Shown here one piece after another: positions 1 through 16,236 of a stretch of 64,000 nt of DNA. The position numbers and the translations under genes were made by a program. Origin of the DNA: Antedon mediterranea (taxonomy: Eukaryota; Animalia; Echinodermata); NCBI RefSeq assembly GCF_964355755.1, contig NC_092677.1, forward strand, positions 9,384,101-9,448,100, read 5' to 3'. Position 1 is the first letter of the stretch, and each line of letters begins with the position of its first letter. The notes beneath the pieces were generated by a model. It made no database searches. It worked only from the letters and a program-made list of their open reading frames with translations, and had not been told where the DNA came from.

Positions 1-157
1 TCAATGAAGCCTAGCAGCTTCTTTGCATTGACCTGATGTTGCTGACGAGATTCGAACCCGGAATCTTATAAATTTTAAAGTTATCATATTGTAAAACTTG
101 CATTCAAGCTGACCTCATTTGCAAACAATTTGGGATTTAGATTTTATTAAAATTTAA

Positions 158-403
158 AGATGTACTGTCCCCCTGAAAAAATACTTCTTAAAAACGTTTT
201 TGTTGAATATCCCATTTTAATAGCTATTTATTTTGACTAAAAATATTATTTATTTTGTCAATGTAAGTGAAAAGTCAAGTGAAAACATTAGTTGGGTTTT
301 TTTTTCTATGGAAGTGATTTCCTTTATTAAAACTACAAAATGGCCTATCAAAGTCTGATTTGATTAATCTTCATTTTCCATGTTCTTGGGGGACAATGCA
401 TCT
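158..403 (+). mobile_element. Kolobok-like MITE, family A (other copies at about 26815-27078 inverted and an end fragment at 11246-11295)
   Basis: TTAA|AGATGTACTGTCCCCC...GGGGGACAATGCATCT|TTAT; related sequence recurs in reverse orientation at the other two sites. Confidence 0.65.
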
Positions 404-563
404 TTATATTATTTTTTTCGCAATTATTCTCAAATGTACTTAGTATAAAGTACAAATTACGTCAGAGTAGGGCAAAACTTAACTCTCTGACGCAAAGCTA
501 CTCCACAGTAGTTAAATACAATTACAAATATCTAAATAGTTATTGGTTTTATTTTTGAAACAG

Positions 564-3500
564 AACACTGATGCATCCTTGCTACCAATGCTAAGCTTTC
601 CATCCTTTGCTATCGATAATCAACAATTATGTGCACGAACAAAGGAAAAACTGCTTCGCAAGTTAGAAGGAAAGTACGGTATGAAGCGGTTTCTACGAGA
701 TGGTTATAGCTGTGTACTTGAGGACAAGAACCGACGATATTACAGACCAGCTGAAATTAAGGTACAATAATGATTGATTTGAAGCCATTTGTGAAGAGCA
801 ATCTACATATTAAGATTTTGTAATTTTTATCCTCATTTTTGCAGTATTCATTTAAGCATTTTTAATCACGGTTTTACGTTTCTATGAGAATAAAATACAT
901 GAATGTTATATATGAAATAATAAACAGTTACTCAAAAACCATGGTAATATTTTGACCCATTCGCTATATAATATATTTATTTGTAACTATTTAATCACAT
1001 AAATATATTAAATATAGAGATAATTAGAACCTCCTTTGTATTCATATTTTTCAGTTATTTGATGGAATTGAGAGTGAATGGCCAATGTTCTATGCGTACA
1101 TGGTAATTGATGGGGTTGCTAAGGGTAACAACGATCAAGTTGAAGAGTACTATGAGAAGATGTTGTCAAGTTGCATACAAACAGAAGATGGTAAACAAAC
1201 CGATATTTGTGTAATAATAGCAAGGAACTTCCGATTTGCGACGACCGACGACCAAACTATATTGTGTTAGTTCATTGTGCTCATGTGGATTTATTAGGAT
1301 GTGTGTCCTCCCTCCAAACATATACATAAGACATCAATAACAAAGAGGAAATCAGGATAATCTATAGTGTTGGTTGACTTTTAAGGTGGTAGCATTGGTG
1401 GTTGCTGGGATGATGTTAATGATAGTTGTTATTATGATGATACTGATTGTTGCTGATTTTGAAAATTATGGTAGTGAGTTTGATTATAACAGTTGTGGTA
1501 CCTTTAAGATGCAAGCTTAGAAATATGCTTTTTTTTTTGTTTTTTCAGGACTTTTAATGCCAAAATGCTACAATGTCCCCAGAAATTATGTAGACAGGGA
1601 AAAAGCAGAACCTGGTAGTCAGATACGCTGTACAAATGATAATAAAAGTATTTTTCTTTGGGGGCAGTCTATTTTTATCATCGCTCAACTTTTAAGTAAG
1701 TTTAGTTTGTTTTTCAAAAGCGGGGTTTATATAGTATATGTGTATTTACTTTATATGTGATGTGCCCATATATGGACATGATGTCATATCACTACCATAT
1801 TTGGGCACATCACACTTTTTTTGTCAAGCAAGTTTGATAGTGATAACAGAGCTTTAAAATAATTAATTTGATGGTTTGCAGAAGACAAGCTGTTAGAGAT
1901 GGATCAACTTGACCCCATAGGTCGTTACCATAGTAAAGCAACTGTGCGTAAACAAAAACATAACACAAGATATTCAGCATTTGAGGTATGTATGATTAGG
2001 TTTCATTTTAGCATCATCGTTGAAAATCTTGATCGTGTTCCAATGTTACCCATGCATACAGTATTATACTCCAAGAAAGGACATTTAATATGTTGACATA
2101 ATTTAAATTTATTCTGGCTCTTATCACAGGGTACACCAGAAGATATGACAGTACAGATGGTGTTCATTGCAGAGAGCAAAAGACTTCAGGCCACCCTAGC
2201 TACCTATGGTATAGTCACACAGACGCCCACACAAGTTGAACCCATAGAGATTTGGCCCCCTAGTGAACTGGTTAAGGTAAATACACCAAGAAATTTATGT
2301 TTTCATTTGTTAATCTATGTACAAAATATCTCCAAAAGTTGTTAGAATTATCCCTTTTGCTGTCTAGTTTTTATATTTTTCTTAACGATGTTTCCTTGCA
2401 TCTAGGTCTATACTTTGTTAGGATGCAATGAGAAGCTAGGCCTCACTGGGAGACCGCTACGGCCTGTTGGAAGCCTGGGAACATCCAAGATATATAGATT
2501 CCTAGGCCGTACAATCCTATGTTATCCATTGACATTTGACCGCACAGACTTCTACATGTCTGAAGATATATCTATGCTGGTGGATGATATTAAGGTAAGA
2601 ATGTATAATTGCTCTGATACTAGTAATCCAAAAAACTTTACAACTTTACTTTACTAAAATGTTGTTGTTTGGTGTTTTTTTTATAACATTCTACTACTTT
2701 TAGAGCCAAGTTGCAATTGTACGCAATAGTTGGAAGATGTCTGGTCGACCTACTTTTTGTGTTCTAATACGAGAAGACCATTTCAGGTATGTACAATTTC
2801 AGTTTGTTTAAAAGAACAGACAGGGGAACGATTCGTCCCATGTTATATGCGTCAGATGCCATGAGCACTAAACTCTATGTGACAAAAACAAGTGATGTGC
2901 CTACAGTATATATGGACATAATGATGTCATATCACTACCATATTTAAGCATATCACTGCCGAATTTGGGCACATCAAACTTTTTTGTCAAACTAGTTTGA
3001 TAGTGTAGACAGAGCTTTACTCAATCCCTGTTAACTAAGTTTCGTTCTTAAATATGGTATTAGAGAATTTATTTTTATTTCTGAAATGTTCTGTTTGTAA
3101 ATTGAATGAACTGTAATAAAATTAAATGTTTTCTTTATTTCTTGCAGAGGATCTCATAAACCTGAGATGCTAGACATGTTAGTAATGTTTAAACGGGGTG
3201 GATACGATGGAGTACGTGTGCGCGTAGATCGTTTACAAACCCTTCTTGCTTCATCGTTTATTGAACATTTAGATTGCCAGGTTCCTCTTAGTATAGAGTA
3301 AGTAAAAAATAGTATGTATCATTCTATAAAAAAAAGCATTTAAACATACAGTAAAATTCATTGTTGTATATATAGTATTAAAAAGTTTATAAGTTATGTA
3401 AGTTAACTCGGAGTTGTGTAGCCGAGTGTTGAAGACACTTGGCTGTCATACAGAGAGTCCCGGGTTCAAATTCCGACAACTCCCAGTCTACTTAGCTGTA

Positions 3501-6500
3501 AATGAGTACCTGGTTGAAAATTCTACAGATGATAAGGCAGCATGAAAAGGAACTGGCCACCCTACTACATAATGCAGAGGCTTAGTACAATGAGCTCCTA
3601 ACAGCTCATTCCCTATGCTTAGAAATATGTGCAGGACTTATTTTACTTTTTAAGTTAACTAAAGTTATAAAAATGGTCATAACTTTTACTGTTTTAGAAG
3701 CAGTCTTGATTTTAAGCCACTTCAAGAATTGAATGTTAGCCAGCTGCCTCTGAAGTCTGAGGAAACCATGGAAGCACCAGTGGAAGCTGAGGAAGAAAAC
3801 CAAGACTTGGATACTCAAGTAAGTATTTACTTGTTTCAAATTGTTTGAACAATAAGACTATTTTTTGTAATTGTTATATACAGAATAGCTAGTTAGTTTA
3901 TCAAATTTCTAAAAAGTTTGATTCATTTTTTAGGAGCTTGATCACAAATCAACATTTGAACTCGATGAAGAACTCGAGAAGAAACAAAGCAGTTACTGGC
4001 AGAGTACTTACCTTGCGTTGTTAATGAAAAGAGAGGGGCCGAATCATATGACTCGGTTTGGAACTGTAGGTAGTCGATTAGATACAATCTACCAAAAGGC
4101 TGGCATGCAGAAAGATTGGTATATAGTGCGATTGTGTGCAAGCCATTTACGCAAAGTGCGTGACTCGTTAGCCCCTTCTATAACTTCGATGCTCGTCAGG
4201 GGCAAACAGGTAACGATGGCAAATTTAATTTTTGAACTGCTTATTTGCTTAATTATTACATCTCATATGCAGCAAACAAGATAACTAACAAAAATATGTA
4301 TTTGGTTAGTCACAGAGTATGGGCAGCTCTTAAGCTCTGTGTTTACACTCTACACTATATGTGACAAAAAAATATGATGTGCCCATATATGGATGCAATG
4401 ATTTCATATCACTACCATATTTGGGCATACATTTTTGGATAAACTAGTTTAATAGTGTAGACAATGTTTTTATAATACAGTAGTTTACATCATTTGAATT
4501 AATTGTAATTCATTATTCCTTATAAGTCTGCATAGAATGCCACAAAGTATTCGTTGCCACAGTGGGCTTTACGAAAGAATAAGTATCACTGCCACATAAT
4601 TCACCTTTACAATATTGAATTTTTTTAAGCATATAATATAATACTAATTTCTTATTGTAGGTCACTATTGGTGTATTTGGTCATGATGAAGCCGTTATAT
4701 CCAAACCCCTCCCACCAACAGAGATTGCATCAATACTTTACAGTAAGTGCCTGGTAAACAATGTATGTGAACCTGTGTTACAACAAGAAGTCATCTACCT
4801 ACTGGGTAAACTCATCACTAATAAACCGCACCTTTTTGACGGCATTTTGAAGATACGCGTTGGGTAGGCGTTTTTGATTACCTTTAATGCTCTTTCATAT
4901 ACAGTATACCATGGGTATACTTAGAAAAGTTGCCAAGGATTATCATAAGCAAAATTATCATCTCCATAAAGTTGGCAGGAAAAATATATATGCACAGGAG
5001 TTCTGTTTAAACAAATGCTTAAAATTTGTTTTTGTCGTGACAAAAATTCAGCTTCTTCTGTCCACAACAACAGGGACTGAAGTGAACCAGTACACTGAGA
5101 TAACTCCTACTGTTCCGAAAGATGTACTGTGTTCTTTAAAATACATAGGATTGGGTATACTGTACATGACCTCCGGCTTTAAGTCCTTATCTGAGATAAT
5201 AAGTCATGTGTTCGTATAATCTTTTAATAGATGGATCGTGCAGGCCATGCAGACAGAGTATGCCATAGTAAATGGATCCTCAAAGGTAAATTACCTTCAT
5301 TTTTTTCAGAAAAAAGTCGAATAATTAAATTTTAAAAGAACAAAAAAAATTTAATCTAGCTTTTTTTTTGTGGATATAAATGTACATTATAATGATAGAA
5401 TGAATGTGTTTTCTTGTAGAACATTTATACTCTATCACCAAGTCAAATCAAGGATGAACTTCATAACATTCTTAGTGCTAACATGCTAAATCTTCGTAAT
5501 CGAACTTGGCTACAACGAAGGAAGTTAAACGGTGCCCTCAATCGCACACCTCCAAATTTTTACGATAGAGGTACACAAATTGTTTATTGATCTGTACAAT
5601 TTTAAACATTTCCTTAATTGCTAATCATATAATAAATACAAATAATAATAATAATAATATATAAAGCTTTAACAACAACAGCGTGCAACATTTGTTGGCC
5701 CCCTTGTGTATTTTTGTCAATTTTTATACCATTTTACTGTTTTTAATGAATTAATTAGTAGTTTTTTTTAATATATTTACAAGTGCATATCCATACTATA
5801 ATTAGTAATTTAAAGATAATTCTTCAACCATATATTTTTGATATCTAATTAGTAAATTTGTTTTTGTGCAATTGTTATTGTGTTATGTAAATCCCAAGCA
5901 ATTCAGTTTCTTTTCTGTGATTAGTTGTATATAAAAATAAATAAATAAATAAATAAAAGGTCTTGATTTTTCACCAGTTCTAGATATTTTGGCCCGTACA
6001 CCTAAAGGTATTACAATGGCAGGAAGCCATCTTCCTCAGCAACCGACCTTATCCGACATGACCATCACTGACCTGAACTTTGCCCTCCGAATTGAAGAAA
6101 TGCTTAGTAGAATCAAACATCCAGAGTATAGACAAATTATTGTGGAGGTAATTTTGTTGAAAAATTTATCAGTTTAAAATAAAACTAAAGCTCTGTCTAC
6201 ATTATCAATATTTATGTGATGTGCCCATATATGGACACGATGACATATTTCTACCACATTTGGGCATATCACACTTTTTTTTGTCAAACTAGTTTGGTAT
6301 GATAAGTAATAAAAGTGGCACTATAACTGTATATACTTGCTTACCAATACAAGGTCCAAGGTTTAAATCGTGTCTCTGTACTATGATTGTTCATCACTGC
6401 CAATATAACATTACACAAATTTAGCCTCGTAACAGAAGAAAAGCATACTGTCATTTAGTTCTTGTGTTATACCATGGAGGTATAAAAAATATACCTCCAT

Positions 6501-7464
6501 GGTTATACTTGTCAAATATATGCTTAAATATACCAGGAGTTTTTGATTTAAATACGCAAGTTTACACTTTTATTTATGGAAGGAAAGCTATAATGAAAAT
6601 CTCCTTATTTCTGTCTATTAGCTTCTGACGGTGATATCAACCATTTTAAAACGAAATCCAGAACTTGAATTCAGTGAAAAAGTTGACATGGATGCGGTAA
6701 GTACATCTTAGTCCGTCTTTTATTTTTTCATCCCAGTCACTTATAGGTTCCACATCTTTCAACTATATCTAAATCAAAATTGGTAGCTATATTTTTCAAT
6801 CATTTACCTTGACTGCAAAAGCACAGTGTGAATTCAGCAGCTAGGAGATTGATTTTAGAAGATGAGTTACATTAAAATTTGTCGCTATTTCGCTGTTTAA
6901 AAATGTATTATTGTATTACTTTGCAATTTAGTAGCTTCTGTTTGATTGCCATTGGCAATGAAATGAAAAATGTGAATGAAAATATTTTCTAGGTAAAATG
7001 TTTACACTCTTTACATACTCTCAAACTTGCCAATTGTGTCCAAGTGGTTTATGACTTTAAATTCAAACATTTGATTGACTGGCCTATGGCAATTATACAG
7101 TGTCTTTAAGTTTGAAGATGAATTTTGAGCTTTGATTAGAAATATAATTGAAAATACAGTATAGATTCCCCCCCCCCCCCCCGCCAAAAAAAATGATATA
7201 AATAATTACAATTTAAAAACATGAAAAAATAACTATAAATATAAGTATCATATTGTAATTATTGTTATTATTCAGATCATCAACGATGCTCTCAATGAGT
7301 TTCAAAAAGATCAACAAACGTCTGAAAGTAAGCCAGAGGCTTTTTACAACACCCCAACACTCGGTGTCAATGGTACCACGAGCTACATGTCTAAAGTAGT
7401 AGTTAAGGTGTTACTTAATGGCTGTATAGATAGCCATCAAAGTGACCTCTGCACTGTTAGCTGA
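564..7464 (+). CDS. PHKB: Phosphorylase b kinase regulatory subunit beta, 3' part (5' exons lie upstream of the window); 16 exons visible
   Basis: Exons with GT-AG borders: 564-761, 1055-1190, 1549-1695, 1882-1985, 2130-2276, 2406-2594, 2704-2786, 3148-3297, 3698-3818, 3934-4209, 4661-4863, 5231-5285, 5420-5570, 5978-6147, 6622-6696, 7276-7464. Recognised motifs: [79 protein letters not shown]-terminal CaaX box CTVS* matches the farnesylated alpha/beta subunits; the motif wording fits beta. Confidence 0.93.
3410..3608 (+). mobile_element. tRNA-derived SINE in a PHKB intron
   Basis: A-box-like TGTAGCCGAGTGTTGAAG, B-box GGGTTCAAATTCC, followed by a non-tRNA body CCCAGTCTACTTAGCTGTAAATGAGTACCTGG. 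Confidence 0.65.
6473..6501. mobile_element. P-element-type excision footprint or micro-MITE
   Basis: CATGGAGGTATA-AAAAA-TATACCTCCATG flanked by a perfect 7-bp direct repeat GTTATAC (6466-6472 and 6502-6508). Confidence 0.7.
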
Positions 7465-8192
7465 GTGAGGCTTTAAGCCTAAAGATTACAAACTGAGGTA
7501 GTGTTTCAAACTTGGCAATGATCAGATTTAGTAATAACTCCAAGAAACGTTTTTTACTCAAATCTAAGAAGACAAAATGTATTGCTTAAGATGGCAATAA
7601 CCAGTTTGATTAGATAAAGCTAACAAATTACATTCAGCCATAGAAGAAAAGATAAATGCCAGATCTGCTATTTAATGTATCATAAGAATGTTTATAATGT
7701 TTGTTATTACCATTTTTCCTCCATGTTATGACACTGTCGCAACTTCTCCCAGAAGGTTGAACTGTTATCTTCTCACATAATATAATTCCGTAATCATCGA
7801 CCGATACATTTTCAGTAGAAATAATGATGAAATTGATAAATATTTGCGGTGGTGAACCAAAATGAATTAGTAAATATTGGAAGTGCAATTATTAAATGTT
7901 ATTGGAGAAGAAAACAGACATGACTACTTAATGTTTCTTACAAATTTATTCTATTATAACCGATATGAAATAAATGTCATTTATTTGTGTATAAACATTT
8001 TAAAACCTTTTCTGTACTACAATATTGTTTTCTTGGTGCTAAAAGTGCCCAAATTGTAAAAGACATTTTCCAAACAATATCTAATACAATATCTCAGTAC
8101 ATATAAATCAAGGTTTTTATTACTTTTAATATTTCCACACTGAAATAAAATGTGTAATAAATAATTCATTCCACCTTCCTCATTGAACTTAA

Positions 8193-8781
8193 AGGCCAGG
8201 TGCGGGCAAAAAATTTCTATTGATCATACATTCCAATAATTATCGATCTATAGTTTCCCCTATGTTTCATAATTTTTGGGATTTTATTTTTGTTACACGA
8301 GCTTGTTGAAAATAAGCCCTTTCTTATCAGTGGGGGGATAGTTCAAATTACACAGTAAAATCTCTATTCTTTTGTACACAAATTTTGTAAATAGAGAAGC
8401 AATTTAAAAAGCTATGAAAAATAAATGGTGTGGTAAAAAATGTTATCAGATGACTAAATATAGGTAATATAACTTGAATATTACATTTCTGATATTTTTA
8501 TTCAACTTCAGATTTTTATTTTCATGCTATAGCAAAAATTATCCACCGTATATCCACAATCTTTTTTCACCGTCTAGGGAGTCACCAGACATGTTATTAC
8601 ATTAGGTTAACTACCTAACTACTGAAAAAAAGTCTTCCTGGTTTTTATGGAAGAATTTTGCCAAATTTTGTATTTGACCATATTAAGGGAAATTCATGTT
8701 TTTTCGTCTCGATTTCTGTTACAAATATTTGATATGAATTATCCAAATATTATATTTAAAATTCATGCCTGTACCTGAGCT
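8193..8781 (+). mobile_element. Kolobok-like non-autonomous element, family B, copy 1
   Basis: TTAA|AGGCCAGGTGCGGGC...GCCTGTACCTGAGCT|TTAA; a TTAA target with AG...CT ends is typical of Kolobok; three copies in the window. Confidence 0.8.
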
Positions 8782-9046
8782 TTAAACTGAGGATTGAACA
8801 ACCTTGTTGAATCCACTTCCATGATTCTTTACCAAGATTAAATTCTACTCCAAAATTTAGCAGTTGAGTATAAAGAATAGTTTAAATATAAAATACACCA
8901 AAAAACCCAATGGAATATACTATGCAGCAAATGTATGTATAGGCCTACTAAACACCACTAAAATGAACACAGACAGATTCAATATTGTAATACTTGTTGA
9001 AAGAATCAGAATATTTAGAATTCGACCATGTACATTTTGTATCTAT

Positions 9047-13593
<4,547 letters not shown>

Positions 13594-14419
13594 CTTTTTA
13601 GCAATGGTCTGTTTCTTCTTGTAGTTTCCGGGGTTTTGTTTTGTTTAAACGCGAGTCATGTGATGGACCAAGAAAAGTGCACCACGTGATGCTTAAAATG
13701 CTCCCTCGACGGATTATTCCATTATTTCGAAAGGTGTTCATATTTCTTTTAATCTGATTATTTATTTGAAACCATATTTGATAGATAAATAATATTGACA
13801 GTTATTTTCTTACTACCAGCTTTTAATTCATAATAAAATTAAGTTTAATTTCATCTCCTGATTTCATATATTGTATACTATTATGTATTAAATTACCATT
13901 TTTTAAATAATTTAATTAGTAAACATCAATAGGGCCTACTTCCATGTACATCAAATTAGTTTAAAACATTTGGTATGATTTCCCCATGCATCTATACCTT
14001 ACGAAAAGAAAAAAAAACCCCAAAACCTTGACCTACAAGCTCTGTCTACACTATCAAACTAGTTTTACAAGAAAAGTGTGATGTGTCCAAATATGGTAGT
14101 GATGGTACTTCATTTGGCGTTACAGGCACATCACATTTTGACAGAGATAGGGAAGGCCTATTTTATCGAACATAAGTAGTTAGACTGCTCAATTCACATA
14201 GGTTGGAATGACAAAGTTATACAGGTAACAGGTATAGTATCTGCATGATACCTAAAGGCATCTTGCAGATTTATAATTTTACACATACATCATTTCTCCT
14301 TTGCTCATAGTTAAATATTTAGTACAGTATAGTATGTTCATTGTACATTGGCAATATATCTGCTTTAAATGTGTCCTTTTATTTATGTACAAAGTCACAA
14401 AAAATAGATTGTTTGTTGA

Positions 14420-16086
14420 TCAACTATTTTCCAAACACTGATTCACAACGGCTATAAGATGAGTGTTTTCAAGAGCAGCTGCTACTCTTTCTTTGTCGGC
14501 AAGTTGCTTATTTACTAAAAATAAAGGAAAATATATTTTGTTAGAAACTTTAGAGAACCCATATTAAAAGGTTATCTTTCGAAGCAACAAAGTGTTCCCT
14601 AATAATAGGGGAAGTGTCCTCTAATTAGGGATTATTGGCCAGTGTTTAAAACATATATTGTCCTCTAGTATACAGTAGTATATAGTATAGTGCATTTTAC
14701 TGAAAAGTGTCCCCTACATACAGGCCCGTATGCAGAATTTATAATGGGGGGTACGAGCGAAAAGCGAGCAACAATGGCTGGGGGCCAGGGGGCTGCCAAG
14801 GGACCCCGGTCAGGGTCCAGGGGGCGAAGGCCCCTTCAAAATTTGCGTTATTGTACGACGCTGTCTGAGTTGGCCTTCCTTCGCTTGTTTAGGCGCCGTA
14901 TTCGATAGTGTCTGTATTTCCAGACACGTCTTTACCGCCGGTTAAGTTGTCCAGCAAACACTTTACCGCGTACCGCGTACATGAAGCGCTAAGCTATTGT
15001 TTGTCGTCACATGATCGACTGCGCATGTTTTACATCGAGTTTGTAGTCAGTTCAGATTCCGTAATTTAATTACCGATATCTTTTCATTTTATATTAACAT
15101 ATTTTTGTTTGTATACCATTGATAATGTAAATTTTGTATATATATAATGATATTGTCTTTAGTTAAAATAGACAAGAAAAAATACCAACCGAGGAAATAG
15201 TGGACCTTTTGGGAATTGGGGGGGGGGGGGGTGCGTCTGCCATATTAAGATTGTCCGCTGGATAGAGTGTCCCAAAGGAGGGTTTTTACTTATCTTGGAT
15301 CTAAACAATGGTGTCCCCCCCCCCCCCTCTCACTCCTACAAGTGCAAAAATTACCTGCATGCTCAGATGCATGGCTACCCGGAGAAATCTCAACATCAAC
15401 CTAAACAAAAAGATATAAGTATTTTTATTACAAAAAAAATGTATGAAGAAGAGACAAGTATTTTACAATTAAAATTAGCCTAAAATTATAGAATTCAGTT
15501 TCGGAAACTGTAAAATGTTGACTGACCTTAAACCTTGAGGGTAAAGATCGAAGAAGTTTGACCTTAATGGACAGGCCAATGAGTGTGGCCATACTGCAGT
15601 GAGGTATTGTGGGAGTGAAAAGAACTTTTACATCATTTTTGGCATCATCAACCTGAAAAATATGAAAACATGGTACAGTATTTTATCAAAATAATTATAA
15701 GAAATTCATCAAACAAAACAAAAATAAAGGTTCACAATCTGCCTTTTTTCAACATTATAGTCAGAACAATGTAGATTTGCAATAGATAGGAAGGAACACC
15801 AGTCTGTTCCGAAGAAGGATGTTAAATATAAGTTTAATATGGAGGTTTCGACACCGGATACAGACAGTAATTGTTACTTAATTTATACCTGAACATTGGA
15901 CAAATCAACAACATTTAAATCTTCAAGAGTCAGCGGATGTTCAGGATCATTTATTCCGCGAATCAGATCAAAAACTTCTCTCGTATCGAAAGCGTCAACT
16001 ATATTGTCATCTTCCTCTTCGGGTAACACAGAACGTTCTTGTAATTTCTGATGAATTAGAGGATTTTCATTTTCCAACTGAGTCAT
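14420..16086 (-). CDS. CIAO2B: Cytosolic iron-sulfur assembly component 2B (FAM96B/MIP18), 4 exons, complete
   Basis: Exons 16086-15889, 15652-15527, 15400-15355, 14514-14420. Translation includes [91 protein letters not shown]. Confidence 0.95.
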
Positions 16087-16236
16087 TTTGATGATAAATC
16101 TATCTAATCCAGGCTTAATAACTTGAAGCCAAAGCAGAGGCTGAACATGTGAATGTGATTAAATTTGTTTTGATCACGTAGGCCACCTCCAATGGTCTCT
16201 CTGTATCCAGACGTTGTTTTTGGTGTAGAAATAATC
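16087..16236. promoter_or_regulatory. Bidirectional promoter shared by CIAO2B and TTC5
   Basis: Only 150 bp separate the two divergent start codons. Confidence 0.7.

Noticed and set aside
3410-3480. tRNA gene (also B-box-like motifs near 50, 6358, 21012 and 61583)
   Set aside because: No complete cloverleaf; the A/B boxes run into SINE body sequence or are isolated fragments.
7634-7888. 84-aa minus-strand ORF downstream of PHKB
   Set aside because: No recognisable domain or partner exons; it lies in the probable PHKB 3' UTR.
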